Positions 19,504-29,596 of a stretch of 64,000 nt of DNA are shown here, piece by piece. The translations under genes were made by a program, and so were the position numbers. A model generated the notes under the pieces. That model did not search any database. It saw nothing but the letters and a program-made list of their open reading frames with translations, and was not told where the DNA came from. Location of the stretch: contig CBDAOB010000004.1 in assembly GCA_965197905.1 (NCBI GenBank), positions 1,952,001 through 2,016,000 of the forward strand, written 5' to 3'. Every line of letters starts with the position of its first letter. The first letter of the stretch is position 1. This stretch comes from Candidatus Latescibacterota bacterium (GTDB lineage Bacteria; Latescibacterota; UBA2968; UBA8231).

Positions 19504-20901
19504 TCAGGGTGGGTCGGCGGCGAGAAAATCTGCTATCTGCACGCTGAGGCGGTGGGACTGCTCGACGCAATCGGGCGCCGATATCCCGTTGCGGAAGTTG
19601 CCTGAGAAGTAGATTCCGGGATGCCGTTCCTCGAACGCCGCCAACTCCGCGGTCAGATCGCTGTGCTCCACGCCGTACTGGGGAATCGCATGCGGCCAGC
19701 GGACCACCTGCACCTCTTGCGGATGGCCGCCGATGCCCAGCAGATCTTTCAGTTCGTCCCGAACCAAGTCCACCAGCTCATCGTCTTCCAGCGAGGCGAC
19801 CTCCGGCTGGCGAACTCCCCCTACAAAGGTGGTGAGAGCAACACCTTGTTCTGGCGCTCGTCCTGGAAAGAGGCTGGAGTTCCAGATAGTACCCAGGATC
19901 CGCCGGTTCTCCCGCCGCGGTACTAGACATCCAAACCCATCGAGAATCCTTCCGCCCGGAGGACCTTCGTACCCAAAAAACACGACGTTTACCGGGGGAT
20001 AGGGGATCCGCGAAAGGGCGATGCCTACCGGAAAGTCGAAACGAAAGCTCAGGTCGGCATAGGCGTGGGCGGGAATGGCGAATACGAGGCAGCGCGCCCG
20101 AACACGCCATGATGCGGAGGCAGCTTCAACGGCCACGACGTAGCCGTCTTCGGTCTCTTCAATCTCCCTCACCTTGACGCCTAACTGCAGCGAATCGTCA
20201 ACGCGGGCAGCCAAGGCGTCGACCAGTGTTCCCATCCCGCGCCGGAAGGCAAACATCCGGGCTTTCTGTTTGGACGAGCCTGCACGTTTCCGTCGTGCTC
20301 CCGAGCCCAGGAGGGCGCCTTTGATCAGGCTGCCGTATTCCTTCTCAAGGGCAAACAGTTTCGGGAAAGCGCTCTCCACGCCAAGTTTTTCCGGGGTGCC
20401 GGCAAATATGCCGGCAACAAACGGTTCGACGGCGTAGTCGAGAAACTCCCGTCCCAGTCGACGTTCGACGAACGCCGCTAGGCTCTCTTCCTCGCCGGAT
20501 AGCCGGGGATGGACAAATGGCTCTCGCAACAGCCTGAGCTTGGCACGAGCGGAGAAGAGGCGGCTGCCGATCAGCGCTGCCGGATGGAGAGGCAACGGAT
20601 GTAATACCCCTTCCCGAGCCACATAGCGGTTCTTGGCGAGGCGCTGCGTATAGATCTGCTCTTGCTCGATGCCCAGGTCGGCAATGAGCTCGCGCAAGAC
20701 TGGGCTGGTCTCCAACAGCGAGTTGGGTCCCGATTCCATGAGGAAATTACCGTGGCGGCGGGTTTGGATTTTCCCGCCTGGCCGGTCATCGCACTCAAGC
20801 ACATTGACGTCCAAACCCCGAGTGCACAGATAGCGGGCCAGGGACAGACCAGAAATGCCGGCGCCGACCACCACGACATCAGTTCGTCTTTTGTCGTTCA
20901 T
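19504..20901 (-). CDS. hemG: Protoporphyrinogen oxidase (HemY/HemG type)
   Basis: VVGAGISGL, ESGPNS, GIFAG, GTIWNSSLFP and WPHAIPQY motifs. Confidence 0.9.
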   Translation of the reverse strand: MNDKRRTDVVVVGAGISGLSLARYLCTRGLDVNVLECDDRPGGKIQTRRHGNFLMESGPNSLLETSPVLRELIADLGIEQEQIYTQRLAKNRYVAREGVLHPLPLHPAALIGSRLFSARAKLRLLREPFVHPRLSGEEESLAAFVERRLGREFLDYAVEPFVAGIFAGTPEKLGVESAFPKLFALEKEYGSLIKGALLGSGARRKRAGSSKQKARMFAFRRGMGTLVDALAARVDDSLQLGVKVREIEETEDGYVVAVEAASASWRVRARCLVFAIPAHAYADLSFRFDFPVGIALSRIPYPPVNVVFFGYEGPPGGRILDGFGCLVPRRENRRILGTIWNSSLFPGRAPEQGVALTTFVGGVRQPEVASLEDDELVDLVRDELKDLLGIGGHPQEVQVVRWPHAIPQYGVEHSDLTAELAAFEERHPGIYFSGNFRNGISAPDCVEQSHRLSVQIADFLAADPP

Positions 20902-21236
20902 ACTGCAGATCGGAAGTAAAAGCCCAGCTCAGGTATCATGGCAGTTCGATGATCAGCTGGTAGCCGCCCGGACCAAGAGTGCCAGGCAAAGAGAAATCCG
21001 CTTCGTCGGTGACTCCTCAAAATCGAGCTCGCAGGGGACCGTTCAATTGAAATACAATTGTCGAATCGTCGCCAGAGTCGTGGCGACGGATCCGCCTTCG
21101 AGCAATCCCAACCGGGCTCGTGGCCGGCGTCGCAATTTGGGAAAAGTGGTTCCGGTACGTTATTTTATCTGGTGGCAGTCGGTTGCCCGGATTCCGTTCC
21201 ACCTCCCGCACGGGAGCAGAAACAGAGCCAGGACGA

Positions 21237-22793
21237 ATGAGCACGCAGACCACAGCACAGGACGATCCCCACCTTCCCAGTGTGTTGAAACAGCAGCTGT
21301 GGCGGCGCATCGGACGGCGTCTGGACAGCGGCGAGGTGTTGATCACCACCGAACAGTTTCAGCGCGCCATGACCAAGGAGTTCAAGCGCTTGGTAAAGAC
21401 CAGTCCGGACTGGGAGACCAAAAAGCGCATCTGCAAGATGATAGTGACGGTAAACGAGGAGTACCCCGAAACCTATCTCACGCTGGGCATCAAGAACGCA
21501 GTCAACAAATTCTTTCGAGACGCTGAAAAGAGCTTGGGTGGAGAAGGAAACGATGTGGTGGAAGAGAGCAAGAAACGCATCAAACAGATGATAAAGAACG
21601 GCAAGTCGGATTTCTTTTTGGAAAGCATCGGGGTCGACATAGGAAACTCGGGCGTACCTCGCAGCATTGAACGCGCAATTGAAAAGATTGTTGACGGCCA
21701 AAAGTTGCATGCCAAACCAGAGGTCCAGGTGCGTTCGCCGCGACGTCGTCGAGCTACCAATATGGTGGACGTTCGGGTCGCGCAGGCGCAAGCGGAGCAG
21801 GCAGCAACCGACCAGGCGGTGGGGGCACCACCTCCCTCGCGCGAGGAAGAGCAAGAGCGAATTCGCGAAGACAAGAAGCGGTTGGAGGCCCTCTCGGAGC
21901 AGGAACTGAAGAGGGCTCCTTCCCGGTTCGATTCGTTCGTGGAGCAGAAGCTGCTTACCGACGAGGAGGTCGTTTCCCTTCGCGATCTCTACGGTATCGA
22001 CGAACGCCTAGAAAAGGGCGAGATCGACGAGGGGGAGGCCGACTCCCTGCGTGGGCAGATCGATGCCAATGTCCAGGCGAGACTTCGGGAACGCCTAGAG
22101 GAAGCGGTCGACTACAGCGTGCACTATCTCAATGCATTCGAGGCGTTGGGCCGACTGCCCGAACCCGCCGACGATGCCTTTCGTTTTCTGATTCAGCACA
22201 AGATGCTCGTGATCAGCGAGGACGAGGAAGCCGACTTCGCCGTTCCACTGCAGGAGCTGGAAAGCAATGCTGACCTTCTAGATAGAGTCGCCGAGGTGAT
22301 GGAGCGAAAACACCACGAAGTGCGCATGATCGTCGCCAATCTACCCCTTTACCGCTACATCTCAAAAGGGGGCAAGGTAGCCAACATGGTGATCGAAGAA
22401 TCGTTTGTCGAGGAGTTGCGCAGTCTGAGCACGGACGACCTGTCCGATCGGCTCAACGCAACCGACGCGGAAGTCCGCGTCAAGCCTGCTGCGGACATGA
22501 AGTGCTTCATAACATTGATCCAAGAGATTTGTCGAGAGACGGCGTTCCACGCCGCGATTCGCCGCTTGAAGATCAAGTTGACGATGACGAGAATCTATTC
22601 CTCTAGTGATGGCAAAGACGGCCGCCGCAAGGTACAGCAGTTTCTTCGCCAACGCCTGCCCCGCCTGTATCCGAACCTGTCTCGCGATGAGCGCGCCGAG
22701 ATCGAGGAGGACGGCAAGGCGGTTATGGACGGCCAAGGCGTGGAAGCGGCCGAGGATGCGCCCAAAGAAAAGATGAGGGTGTATCGTGCCTGA
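21237..22793 (+). CDS. Hypothetical protein (acidic, helical)
   Basis: Long ORF (about 518 aa) with genome-like GC3 bias; AGGA upstream of ATG 21237; no recognisable motif. Confidence 0.7.
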   Translation: MSTQTTAQDDPHLPSVLKQQLWRRIGRRLDSGEVLITTEQFQRAMTKEFKRLVKTSPDWETKKRICKMIVTVNEEYPETYLTLGIKNAVNKFFRDAEKSLGGEGNDVVEESKKRIKQMIKNGKSDFFLESIGVDIGNSGVPRSIERAIEKIVDGQKLHAKPEVQVRSPRRRRATNMVDVRVAQAQAEQAATDQAVGAPPPSREEEQERIREDKKRLEALSEQELKRAPSRFDSFVEQKLLTDEEVVSLRDLYGIDERLEKGEIDEGEADSLRGQIDANVQARLRERLEEAVDYSVHYLNAFEALGRLPEPADDAFRFLIQHKMLVISEDEEADFAVPLQELESNADLLDRVAEVMERKHHEVRMIVANLPLYRYISKGGKVANMVIEESFVEELRSLSTDDLSDRLNATDAEVRVKPAADMKCFITLIQEICRETAFHAAIRRLKIKLTMTRIYSSSDGKDGRRKVQQFLRQRLPRLYPNLSRDERAEIEEDGKAVMDGQGVEAAEDAPKEKMRVYRA

Positions 22794-22813
22794 TACACCA
22801 AACGACCGCTAGT

Positions 22814-23422
22814 TTGGATCCCGCGCAATCCCCCCTTAGAATCGTGGCCAAGCAAAACAGGACCTACGAGGCGAAGAGTCTCGTCGGCGTCGAGGAGTAC
22901 CTCACACTGGTGGAGACGAATCTCGAATTCTTCCGATGGATCGACGAGCGGCCCCGCCGGCAAGTCGAGGTCGACAACCGGCTCCACAACTATCCACAAG
23001 CCCGGCCCTTCGTGGAGACCGCCGCGGATCAAACCTGCAACCTCACTCGGGCAGGGGATATGATATACCGGGCGTATCTAAACGCAGAAGGCAAGGATCA
23101 GGGCCTTCCACCGGCCTCACAACGGCCGGCCGCCAGCAAGAACGGCTTGTCCGACGAGGATCACCACCGCCCTCCGGGATGGAGGAGGATCGTCCAAGCG
23201 TTATGTGAGATAGATGCGGTGGAACTCGTGCGTTACGATGGCGACGCAGGTGCCGCTGGGCGCCGATCCGGCGTGCTCGGTAGCAGCGGCGACTCCGGAA
23301 CCATCAGGGTCGTCTATGCCAACGGCAAAATGCGCATGCCTCTTCTCGTTGAGACGACCGCCCGCGGCAAGTCCGAAATCCGCCAGGTCGCTGATCTGAT
23401 CGCGCGTGCCCTGGAGGAGTGA
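22814..23422 (+). CDS. Hypothetical protein
   Basis: 202-aa ORF 20 nt after the previous gene on the same strand, filling the gap to the modC stop. Confidence 0.55.
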   Translation: MDPAQSPLRIVAKQNRTYEAKSLVGVEEYLTLVETNLEFFRWIDERPRRQVEVDNRLHNYPQARPFVETAADQTCNLTRAGDMIYRAYLNAEGKDQGLPPASQRPAASKNGLSDEDHHRPPGWRRIVQALCEIDAVELVRYDGDAGAAGRRSGVLGSSGDSGTIRVVYANGKMRMPLLVETTARGKSEIRQVADLIARALEE

Positions 23423-23455
23423 CCCCGTCGCCAACCGCTTCCACCGCGGGCGCCG

Positions 23456-24544
23456 CTACTCGGCCTCCGGGCCGATGCGAATCGAGTGGGTTTTCATCAG
23501 GCAGTAGAGCCGGTCCCGCACGTTCAGCCCCATCTCTCGCACCGCCGCACTCGTGACCTTGGCTGCCAATCTGCGCCCGACGTCAACGTAGACGAGCACA
23601 GTTCCTCCGACCTCGGTAATCTCAGCCACCTCGCCGGCGAGGGCGTTGCGTATGCTGAGACCATCCGGCCGCGAACGGGCCAGCACAATGTCGTCCGCTC
23701 GCACGCCGACAAAGAGATGCCGACCCGGAGCCAAGGCGCAGTACGGAATGAGGAGTTCCTGATCGAAACAGCGGACCCGGCTGACCCCTTCGGCAGCACG
23801 GGAATCGATCATTTCCACCCGAAGGACGTTTTCGAACCCGTGCTTCTCCTCCAGCAGGGGCATAATGCCCGGTTGCGAGGCAATCTTGAAGAAATCGCCG
23901 TGGGCAAGTACCTGCCCGCGCTGCAGCACGATAACCTGACCGGTGAGTTCCAGTATTTCCGCCACCGAATGCGTCACGTAGAGAATGGGGATCCGCAGCT
24001 CTCGTCTGATGTATCTCAGGTAGGGAATGATGCGACTCTTCAACCCCTGGTCCAGCGAAGCGAGTGGTTCATCCATCAACAGCAGGTTGGGCGAGGAGAG
24101 CAAGGCGCGACCGAGGGCGATTCGCTGGCGCTCCCCACCGGAGAGCTTGCCCGGAAAACGTTCGAGCAGCGACCGAACTTCCAGCAGATCGACGATCCGG
24201 TCAAAGTCGAAGCGCCGTTGGCCCGCTGCCAAGCGCTCGAACCCGTAACGCAGGTTTGTGGAAACGGTCATGTGGGGAAACAACAGATCGTCCTGCAGCA
24301 CATATCCAATCCGGCGTTCCTCGGGCGGCAGGTCGGTTCCGCCCTCCGCCGAGAAAAGGGTGCTACCCTCCAGCTCAATCTCGCCCTCGTCAGGACGCAA
24401 CAGACCCGCGACCAGGTTCAACAGGGAGGTCTTGCCCGAACCGGAAGGACCGTAGACGGCCGTCACCGGATAGCGGCAGTCGACATCGACCTCCAGCGGG
24501 AAGTCAGCCAGACGGCGCTTGACCCGAATCCGCAGGACACTCAA
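23456..24544 (-). CDS. modC: Molybdate ABC transporter ATP-binding protein
   Basis: GPSGSGKT, LSGGERQR and LLLMDEP motifs; C-terminal TOBE domain (SIRNAL.G). Confidence 0.92.
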   Translation of the reverse strand: MSVLRIRVKRRLADFPLEVDVDCRYPVTAVYGPSGSGKTSLLNLVAGLLRPDEGEIELEGSTLFSAEGGTDLPPEERRIGYVLQDDLLFPHMTVSTNLRYGFERLAAGQRRFDFDRIVDLLEVRSLLERFPGKLSGGERQRIALGRALLSSPNLLLMDEPLASLDQGLKSRIIPYLRYIRRELRIPILYVTHSVAEILELTGQVIVLQRGQVLAHGDFFKIASQPGIMPLLEEKHGFENVLRVEMIDSRAAEGVSRVRCFDQELLIPYCALAPGRHLFVGVRADDIVLARSRPDGLSIRNALAGEVAEITEVGGTVLVYVDVGRRLAAKVTSAAVREMGLNVRDRLYCLMKTHSIRIGPEAE

Positions 24545-25215
24545 CCGCGGCGACTCCTACGTGCCGCCCACTCGCTGCCGAGTAGAGCGGAAAACGAAAT
24601 GACCACTGACAGGATCACCAGACGCAACGCTCCGTCGTCGCCGCCGGGTTGGTTGAGGAAGGTGTAGATTGCCGAAGGAACAGTGCGTGTTTGCCCGGCG
24701 ATGTTTGATACGAAGGTTATGGTCGCCCCGAATTCCCCCATGCTGCGGGCGAAGGCAAGCAAACCGCCTACCCACAGTGCCGGCGCGGCCAAACGCAAGG
24801 TAACGGTGACGAAAGCCCGCACCGGAGAGGCACCCAGGGTACGGGCGACCTGTTCCAGCCGTGGATCGATATCCTCAATTCCCAGACGTACTGCCCGCAA
24901 TACCAGCGGAAAGGCGACGACCGCCGACGCCAGAACGGCGCCCTTCCAGTCGAAGGCCAGCTGGATACCGAACGAGTCCAAAACCGGGCCGAACACCCCT
25001 CGACGGCCGAATAGCAGCAGCAGGAGATAACCGGTCACCACAGGTGGTAGCACGAGAGGAAGATGGCAGAGCCCATCCAACAGCAGCTTGCCCGCAAATT
25101 CGCGGCGGGCCAGCACGTAGCCAACCAGGATGGCCGCCGGCAACGTGAGGATGACGCAGAAGACCGCCACCCGCAGCGAAAGCCATACGACGTCCCACTC
25201 CTCGCCGCTGAGCAC
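24541..25215 (-). CDS. modB: Molybdate ABC transporter permease
   Basis: LPLVLPPVVTGY and FARSMGEFGATI motifs. Confidence 0.95.
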   Translation of the reverse strand: MLSGEEWDVVWLSLRVAVFCVILTLPAAILVGYVLARREFAGKLLLDGLCHLPLVLPPVVTGYLLLLLFGRRGVFGPVLDSFGIQLAFDWKGAVLASAVVAFPLVLRAVRLGIEDIDPRLEQVARTLGASPVRAFVTVTLRLAAPALWVGGLLAFARSMGEFGATITFVSNIAGQTRTVPSAIYTFLNQPGGDDGALRLVILSVVISFSALLGSEWAARRSRRG

Positions 25216-25218
25216 GGA

Positions 25219-25952
25219 TCAGTCTCCGTCCACTACCGCAAAACCGTAGTTGCGAAAGATCGCGGTGCTCCCCGTTGCCGTCAGGTGCGACAACACTCGG
25301 CGAACCGCCGCCGATGCGCGCCCCTTGACGACTGCGACGGGGTAGGCGATCGGCTGATGCAGCGAGTCCGGGAGCGTCGCCATGAGATCAATATGAACGC
25401 CTTTCACGTCGGTGGCGTACACGATGCCTGCCTCGGCTTCGCCCCGTTCGACGTAGAGCAGCGCGGCGCGGACGTGGGGTGCCGGTGCCAGTCGATCCGC
25501 CAAGGGATGCCACCAGCCTAACGCGGTCAATGCCTGCCGCGCATAGATTCCGGCCGGCACGTGGTCCGGATCCGCCAGGGCGAGCCGACCCGAAAAAGCG
25601 CTGGCGAAGTCGAAATCGGGGTGCAGTGAAACCGCAAACGCTTCCCTCCTGGGTGCGATCAAGACAAGCCTGTTGCGCAGGAGGTCAATCCGGGTCTTTG
25701 GCTCGATCAGGTCCTTGGCTTCGAGATAGTCCATCCAGCTGTCGCTGGCGGAAAAGTAGAGGTCTGCAGGCGCCCCGGCTTCAATTTGACGCGCCAGGGA
25801 TGAGGAGCTGGCGAAGGAAAGAGAAACACCCGGGAATCGCTCTTTGGGTAGAATTTCCTCGAGAGCTTCGGTCAAGGAAGCGGCCGCAAAAATGACGACC
25901 TGGCTAGCGGCCACCTCCGATCCCCACAAAAGCATCAGCGATACGAAGACAC
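25219..25952 (-). CDS. modA: Molybdate ABC transporter substrate-binding protein (start approximate)
   Basis: FAAASL, ASSSSLARQIEAGAPAD, DPDHVPAG.YA and GIVYATD motifs. Confidence 0.9.
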
Positions 25953-26002
25953 CGCCCCGCGCCGGCCCGCATCTCTTCGACCACGCTGACGCCGCGGCCA
26001 GC

Positions 26003-26173
26003 TCACGCCATCCGCGCTTCGATCCGTTCGAGACGTTCACTGATCTCCCGCAAGTATTGGATAATTATCGCGTGGGTATACTGAGCGTCGATGCCCACCG
26101 GAGAATCTGGGGCGGAGATGCGCTCGATCAGTTCGGTGAAATCCGTTTTCCCCCTATTGAGCGGCTCGGTCAT
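26003..26173 (-). CDS. Small hypothetical protein (56 aa, MTEPLNRGK...IEARMA)
   Basis: Strong GGAGGAG RBS; SPVGIDAQYTH core followed by a coiled-coil-like tail. Confidence 0.6.
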   Translation of the reverse strand: MTEPLNRGKTDFTELIERISAPDSPVGIDAQYTHAIIIQYLREISERLERIEARMA

Positions 26174-26228
26174 AACTCCTCCTTGCGCAGCGCTTCGGAT
26201 GGTACGAAATCGGCTCGATCTTGGTCGC

Positions 26229-27002
26229 TCAACAATGCCTGGGGGCGGCGACCTCGCTTGCGCCAGACCACGAGGATACAAACAAACGGCCGCGCCGACT
26301 CAGAGCGGGTTGTTCCCCGATCAACTCCAGGGCATGCCAGGTAGTTACTTGGTTGGCGGTGAGTACCGGCTTACCCAGGCGGCGCTCCATCTCGTCGATG
26401 CGCGTCGCCAGCCGCTGGCCGGTGCAGCCGATAAAGACGGCATCCGCCTGCGGCAGGTCCGCGCCTTCAGCGAGTTGGCTGATTTCATCGGGTGGGACGA
26501 TAGAATGACCCTCTCTGAGGTTCAACGCTCGACTGTTCAGTACGGTAACGCCATGGGCTTCGATGAAAGCGACGAACTTCGCCTCGACATCTGGCATGTA
26601 AGGGCTGGCTAGTACGACCGAATTGATGTCCAGGCGGCGGAAAGCTTCCACCATTGCCGTGCTTGTCGTAGTTGCAGGTTTTCCGGTGGCGTTGGTGATG
26701 CGTCGCGCGATTTCCTCATCGCCGCCCGTCCCGCGTATGAAGCTCACGGTCGTGCAGTAGTAAGCAAAGCAATTCGGGTCGTACTTGGAGAGCCGCCGAG
26801 CCGCTTCTTCGATGTCCCCATTCTCGGCGAGGGCGAGCGAATTCTCGCAGATCGCGTCGAGCGCCGCAACCGGTGTAGACGCGGCGACCAACTCGACGTT
26901 AGGGGTAAGGTAGGCGGAAAAATCGTCGACCAGTGCTTGGGTCTCTCGGTCCACCCAAGAATCGTCGGGATAGATGGCGCCGATCCTGGCTTCGGCACCC
27001 AT
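26229..27002 (-). CDS. Asp/Glu racemase superfamily protein (maleate isomerase / arylmalonate decarboxylase-like)
   Basis: YYCTT.SF, LASPY, AVFIGCT and LGKPVLTANQ motifs; AGGAG upstream of ATG 27002. Confidence 0.8.
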   Translation of the reverse strand: MGAEARIGAIYPDDSWVDRETQALVDDFSAYLTPNVELVAASTPVAALDAICENSLALAENGDIEEAARRLSKYDPNCFAYYCTTVSFIRGTGGDEEIARRITNATGKPATTTSTAMVEAFRRLDINSVVLASPYMPDVEAKFVAFIEAHGVTVLNSRALNLREGHSIVPPDEISQLAEGADLPQADAVFIGCTGQRLATRIDEMERRLGKPVLTANQVTTWHALELIGEQPALSRRGRLFVSSWSGASEVAAPRHC

Positions 27003-27003
27003 T

Positions 27004-27873
27004 TCAACCCACTCCTGCAGGTGAGCCGTCCTCCAACACCTGCATGGATTCGCGGCAATACGATTCGTCGATTTCGAAACCCACGAAATCGACCTCCAAC
27101 TGGAGACATGCGCGGGCCGTGTTGCCGATGCCAAGGAATGGGTCCATAACCAGGGGCTCCTTATCGAGGCCGTGCAACCTGATACACATCTCCGGGATCT
27201 TGACCGGGAAGGTCGCAGGGTGGGGGCGTTCCTTGTCACGGCTTTGAATGGTTTTGTAAGGGACGAACCAGGTATTGCCGCGGCAGCGCAGGTCGGAACG
27301 CGCCCCATGCCATCGCTTCACGTTCGATTTGTCCTGGTATTCTACGCCGACCGCAAGCCGATCGAGCGCCACGTCTCCGGTCTTGGAAAGGTGGAAGATG
27401 TACTCGTGGCAATCGTTGAGATATCGCTGGCTATTGATCGGTTTGTAATGGCCCACTGAAACGTTTCCGGTTATGCCGGGGTACTTTCCCACGTCTTCCT
27501 TCTGAATCGCCACTGACTTGATCCAATGGATGATATTCTGGATTTGAAAGTGGTTGCGTAGTTCGAACAGCACCTCGAACGGGCCCCAGGGATCCGATGG
27601 CTTGCCGCTCATGTTGAGGAAAACCGAACCCTCCGGCTTCAGCACTCGTTTGACGGCCACGCACCACGATCCCATGAACGACAGGTATTCGTCTCTGGCG
27701 ATGGTATCGTCGTACTTCTTGTAACCGGTGCCAAGATTGTAGGGCGGCGAAGTCATCACCACATCCACCGATTCCGGCTCTAGGACTTGAGCCATGCCAC
27801 CGATGCAGTCAAGGTTATGTACCCGATAGGTACAGCCACCCCGCTCGATTTCGTACGACCTTTCGGTCATCAT
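27004..27873 (-). CDS. Site-specific DNA methyltransferase (N4-C/N6-A, beta class), orphan
   Basis: Catalytic TSPPYN precedes the SAM-binding DPFLGIG; HPATFP. Confidence 0.88.
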   Translation of the reverse strand: MMTERSYEIERGGCTYRVHNLDCIGGMAQVLEPESVDVVMTSPPYNLGTGYKKYDDTIARDEYLSFMGSWCVAVKRVLKPEGSVFLNMSGKPSDPWGPFEVLFELRNHFQIQNIIHWIKSVAIQKEDVGKYPGITGNVSVGHYKPINSQRYLNDCHEYIFHLSKTGDVALDRLAVGVEYQDKSNVKRWHGARSDLRCRGNTWFVPYKTIQSRDKERPHPATFPVKIPEMCIRLHGLDKEPLVMDPFLGIGNTARACLQLEVDFVGFEIDESYCRESMQVLEDGSPAGVG

Positions 27874-27874
27874 C

Positions 27875-29512
27875 TCACCAGCCGAGTACGTAGCCATCTC
27901 GACGCGGATCGGCGCCTCCCATAAAAGCGCCGGACTCTCGATCCACGATGATGCCTTGACCACCTCCCACCAGCATTGACCAGTCGCCGATATCCTCTAT
28001 CTGATGACCCCGGCTCTCCAGCTCGTCGAAGACCGAGCGGCCGATCCTCGATTCTGCGTGCACGAGATATTCTGGACTGGTGGTTTTCAGGCGCGGAGCT
28101 TCAATCGCAGCCTGAATATTCATGCCGTGATCGAGCACATTCATGATCATCTGGGGTGTCGTCTGCAAGATCCCGTAGCTGCCAGGGGTCCCGATCAGCA
28201 TCTCGAGATCCCCATCCTTCCAGATCTGTACGGGTGACATGCACATCTCGTTCTTTTTGCACGGACCGATAGCGTTGGGACTGGAAGGTTCAAGATCGAA
28301 CCAGTTCATAAAATTGTTGAGCGTTATGCCGGTATCGGGCACCACCATGCCAGAACCGAATCCCGATCCAAGGCTCTGAGTCACCGCTACCGCATTGCCG
28401 TCGGCGTCGATCGCGTCGAAGTGGGTCGTACATTCGTTTTTCATCCACCGAATGGGATCGCCGGCAACAACCTCGTTGGCCATCTTGGTGGCCGTAAAAC
28501 GTTCGCCGCCGGTAGGCTGAGCGTTAGGTTGTATCGACCGCCGCCGTTCGGCGGCGTACTCCGTAGAGAGCAGGCCGGCAAGGGGCGGGTTTTCGAGCGC
28601 TGCATATTCGGCGCGGTCGGCGGTCGCCAACTTTGCTGCCTCGATAAAGCGGTGCAGCGTCTCCGGTGTGTTGTGACCCATGGCGCCGACGTCGAACCCT
28701 TCCATGATATTGAGGGTCTCCAAGAATTGAATGGCTTGGCAGGGCAACGGCGGAGTCCATACGGTGTAGCCCCTGTAGTCGGTGCTGATCGGATCGAGCC
28801 AGACCGCTTCGAAAGCGGCAAGGTCTTCGTGGGTGACGAGCCCGCCGGACTGCCGCAGGAACGTCACCATGCGGTCAGCGATCTCGCCCTGATAAAAGAC
28901 CTCCTCTCCCCCTTCCGCCACTGCTCGCAAGCTGCGACCGAGATCGCGTTGCAGGAGCGTCTCGCCCGCTTTCGGGGCGCGGCCTTCGATGAGGTAGTTG
29001 GCGGCTGATGCGGGGAATTTGTTCAGCACATCTTCGCGCATAGCAAACAGGGTGGAGCCAAACACCGTAAGTGCGATGCCAGTTTCAGCATACTCGATCG
29101 CCGGTTCGAACACGTTCACGGGGTCCATGCGTCCATACTGCCGCAATGCCTCGAGCCAACCGCCACACGCGCCCGGAACCAACGGCGAAAGTGGTCCTTC
29201 TTCTTTGCTCTCGTCCGATGTGTACAAAGACAGGTCTGTGGCCTTGGGGGTCAGCCCGACGTAGTCCAATATCTTGTGTTCGCCTTTTGCGGCGCTGTAG
29301 ATGTGCATATACCCGACACCGGCGATGCCCGACATAAACGGCTCTGCCACGTTAAGCGCGGCCGCCGTGGCGACTGCGGCGTCAATGGCGTTGCCACCCT
29401 GAATAAGCATGCGCATGCCGGCCAGTGCGGCGAGCGGGTGGGCACAGGCAACCATGCCCCTCCGACCGGTGACCGTAGCGCGATGTACCAACCCTTCAGA
29501 GGGCAGGCTCAT
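27875..29512 (-). CDS. ggt: Gamma-glutamyltransferase family protein
   Basis: GGNAIDAA, TTHF...D..GNAV, GTPG and GGADPRRDG motifs. Confidence 0.92.
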   Translation of the reverse strand: MSLPSEGLVHRATVTGRRGMVACAHPLAALAGMRMLIQGGNAIDAAVATAAALNVAEPFMSGIAGVGYMHIYSAAKGEHKILDYVGLTPKATDLSLYTSDESKEEGPLSPLVPGACGGWLEALRQYGRMDPVNVFEPAIEYAETGIALTVFGSTLFAMREDVLNKFPASAANYLIEGRAPKAGETLLQRDLGRSLRAVAEGGEEVFYQGEIADRMVTFLRQSGGLVTHEDLAAFEAVWLDPISTDYRGYTVWTPPLPCQAIQFLETLNIMEGFDVGAMGHNTPETLHRFIEAAKLATADRAEYAALENPPLAGLLSTEYAAERRRSIQPNAQPTGGERFTATKMANEVVAGDPIRWMKNECTTHFDAIDADGNAVAVTQSLGSGFGSGMVVPDTGITLNNFMNWFDLEPSSPNAIGPCKKNEMCMSPVQIWKDGDLEMLIGTPGSYGILQTTPQMIMNVLDHGMNIQAAIEAPRLKTTSPEYLVHAESRIGRSVFDELESRGHQIEDIGDWSMLVGGGQGIIVDRESGAFMGGADPRRDGYVLGW

Positions 29513-29596
29513 TAGACATAACTCCAGCGCTGACTTAGGTTTGACCGCAAATCATAACCGAATGCATAAAGACGGTCAAGAAACGTGAGAAAGCAT

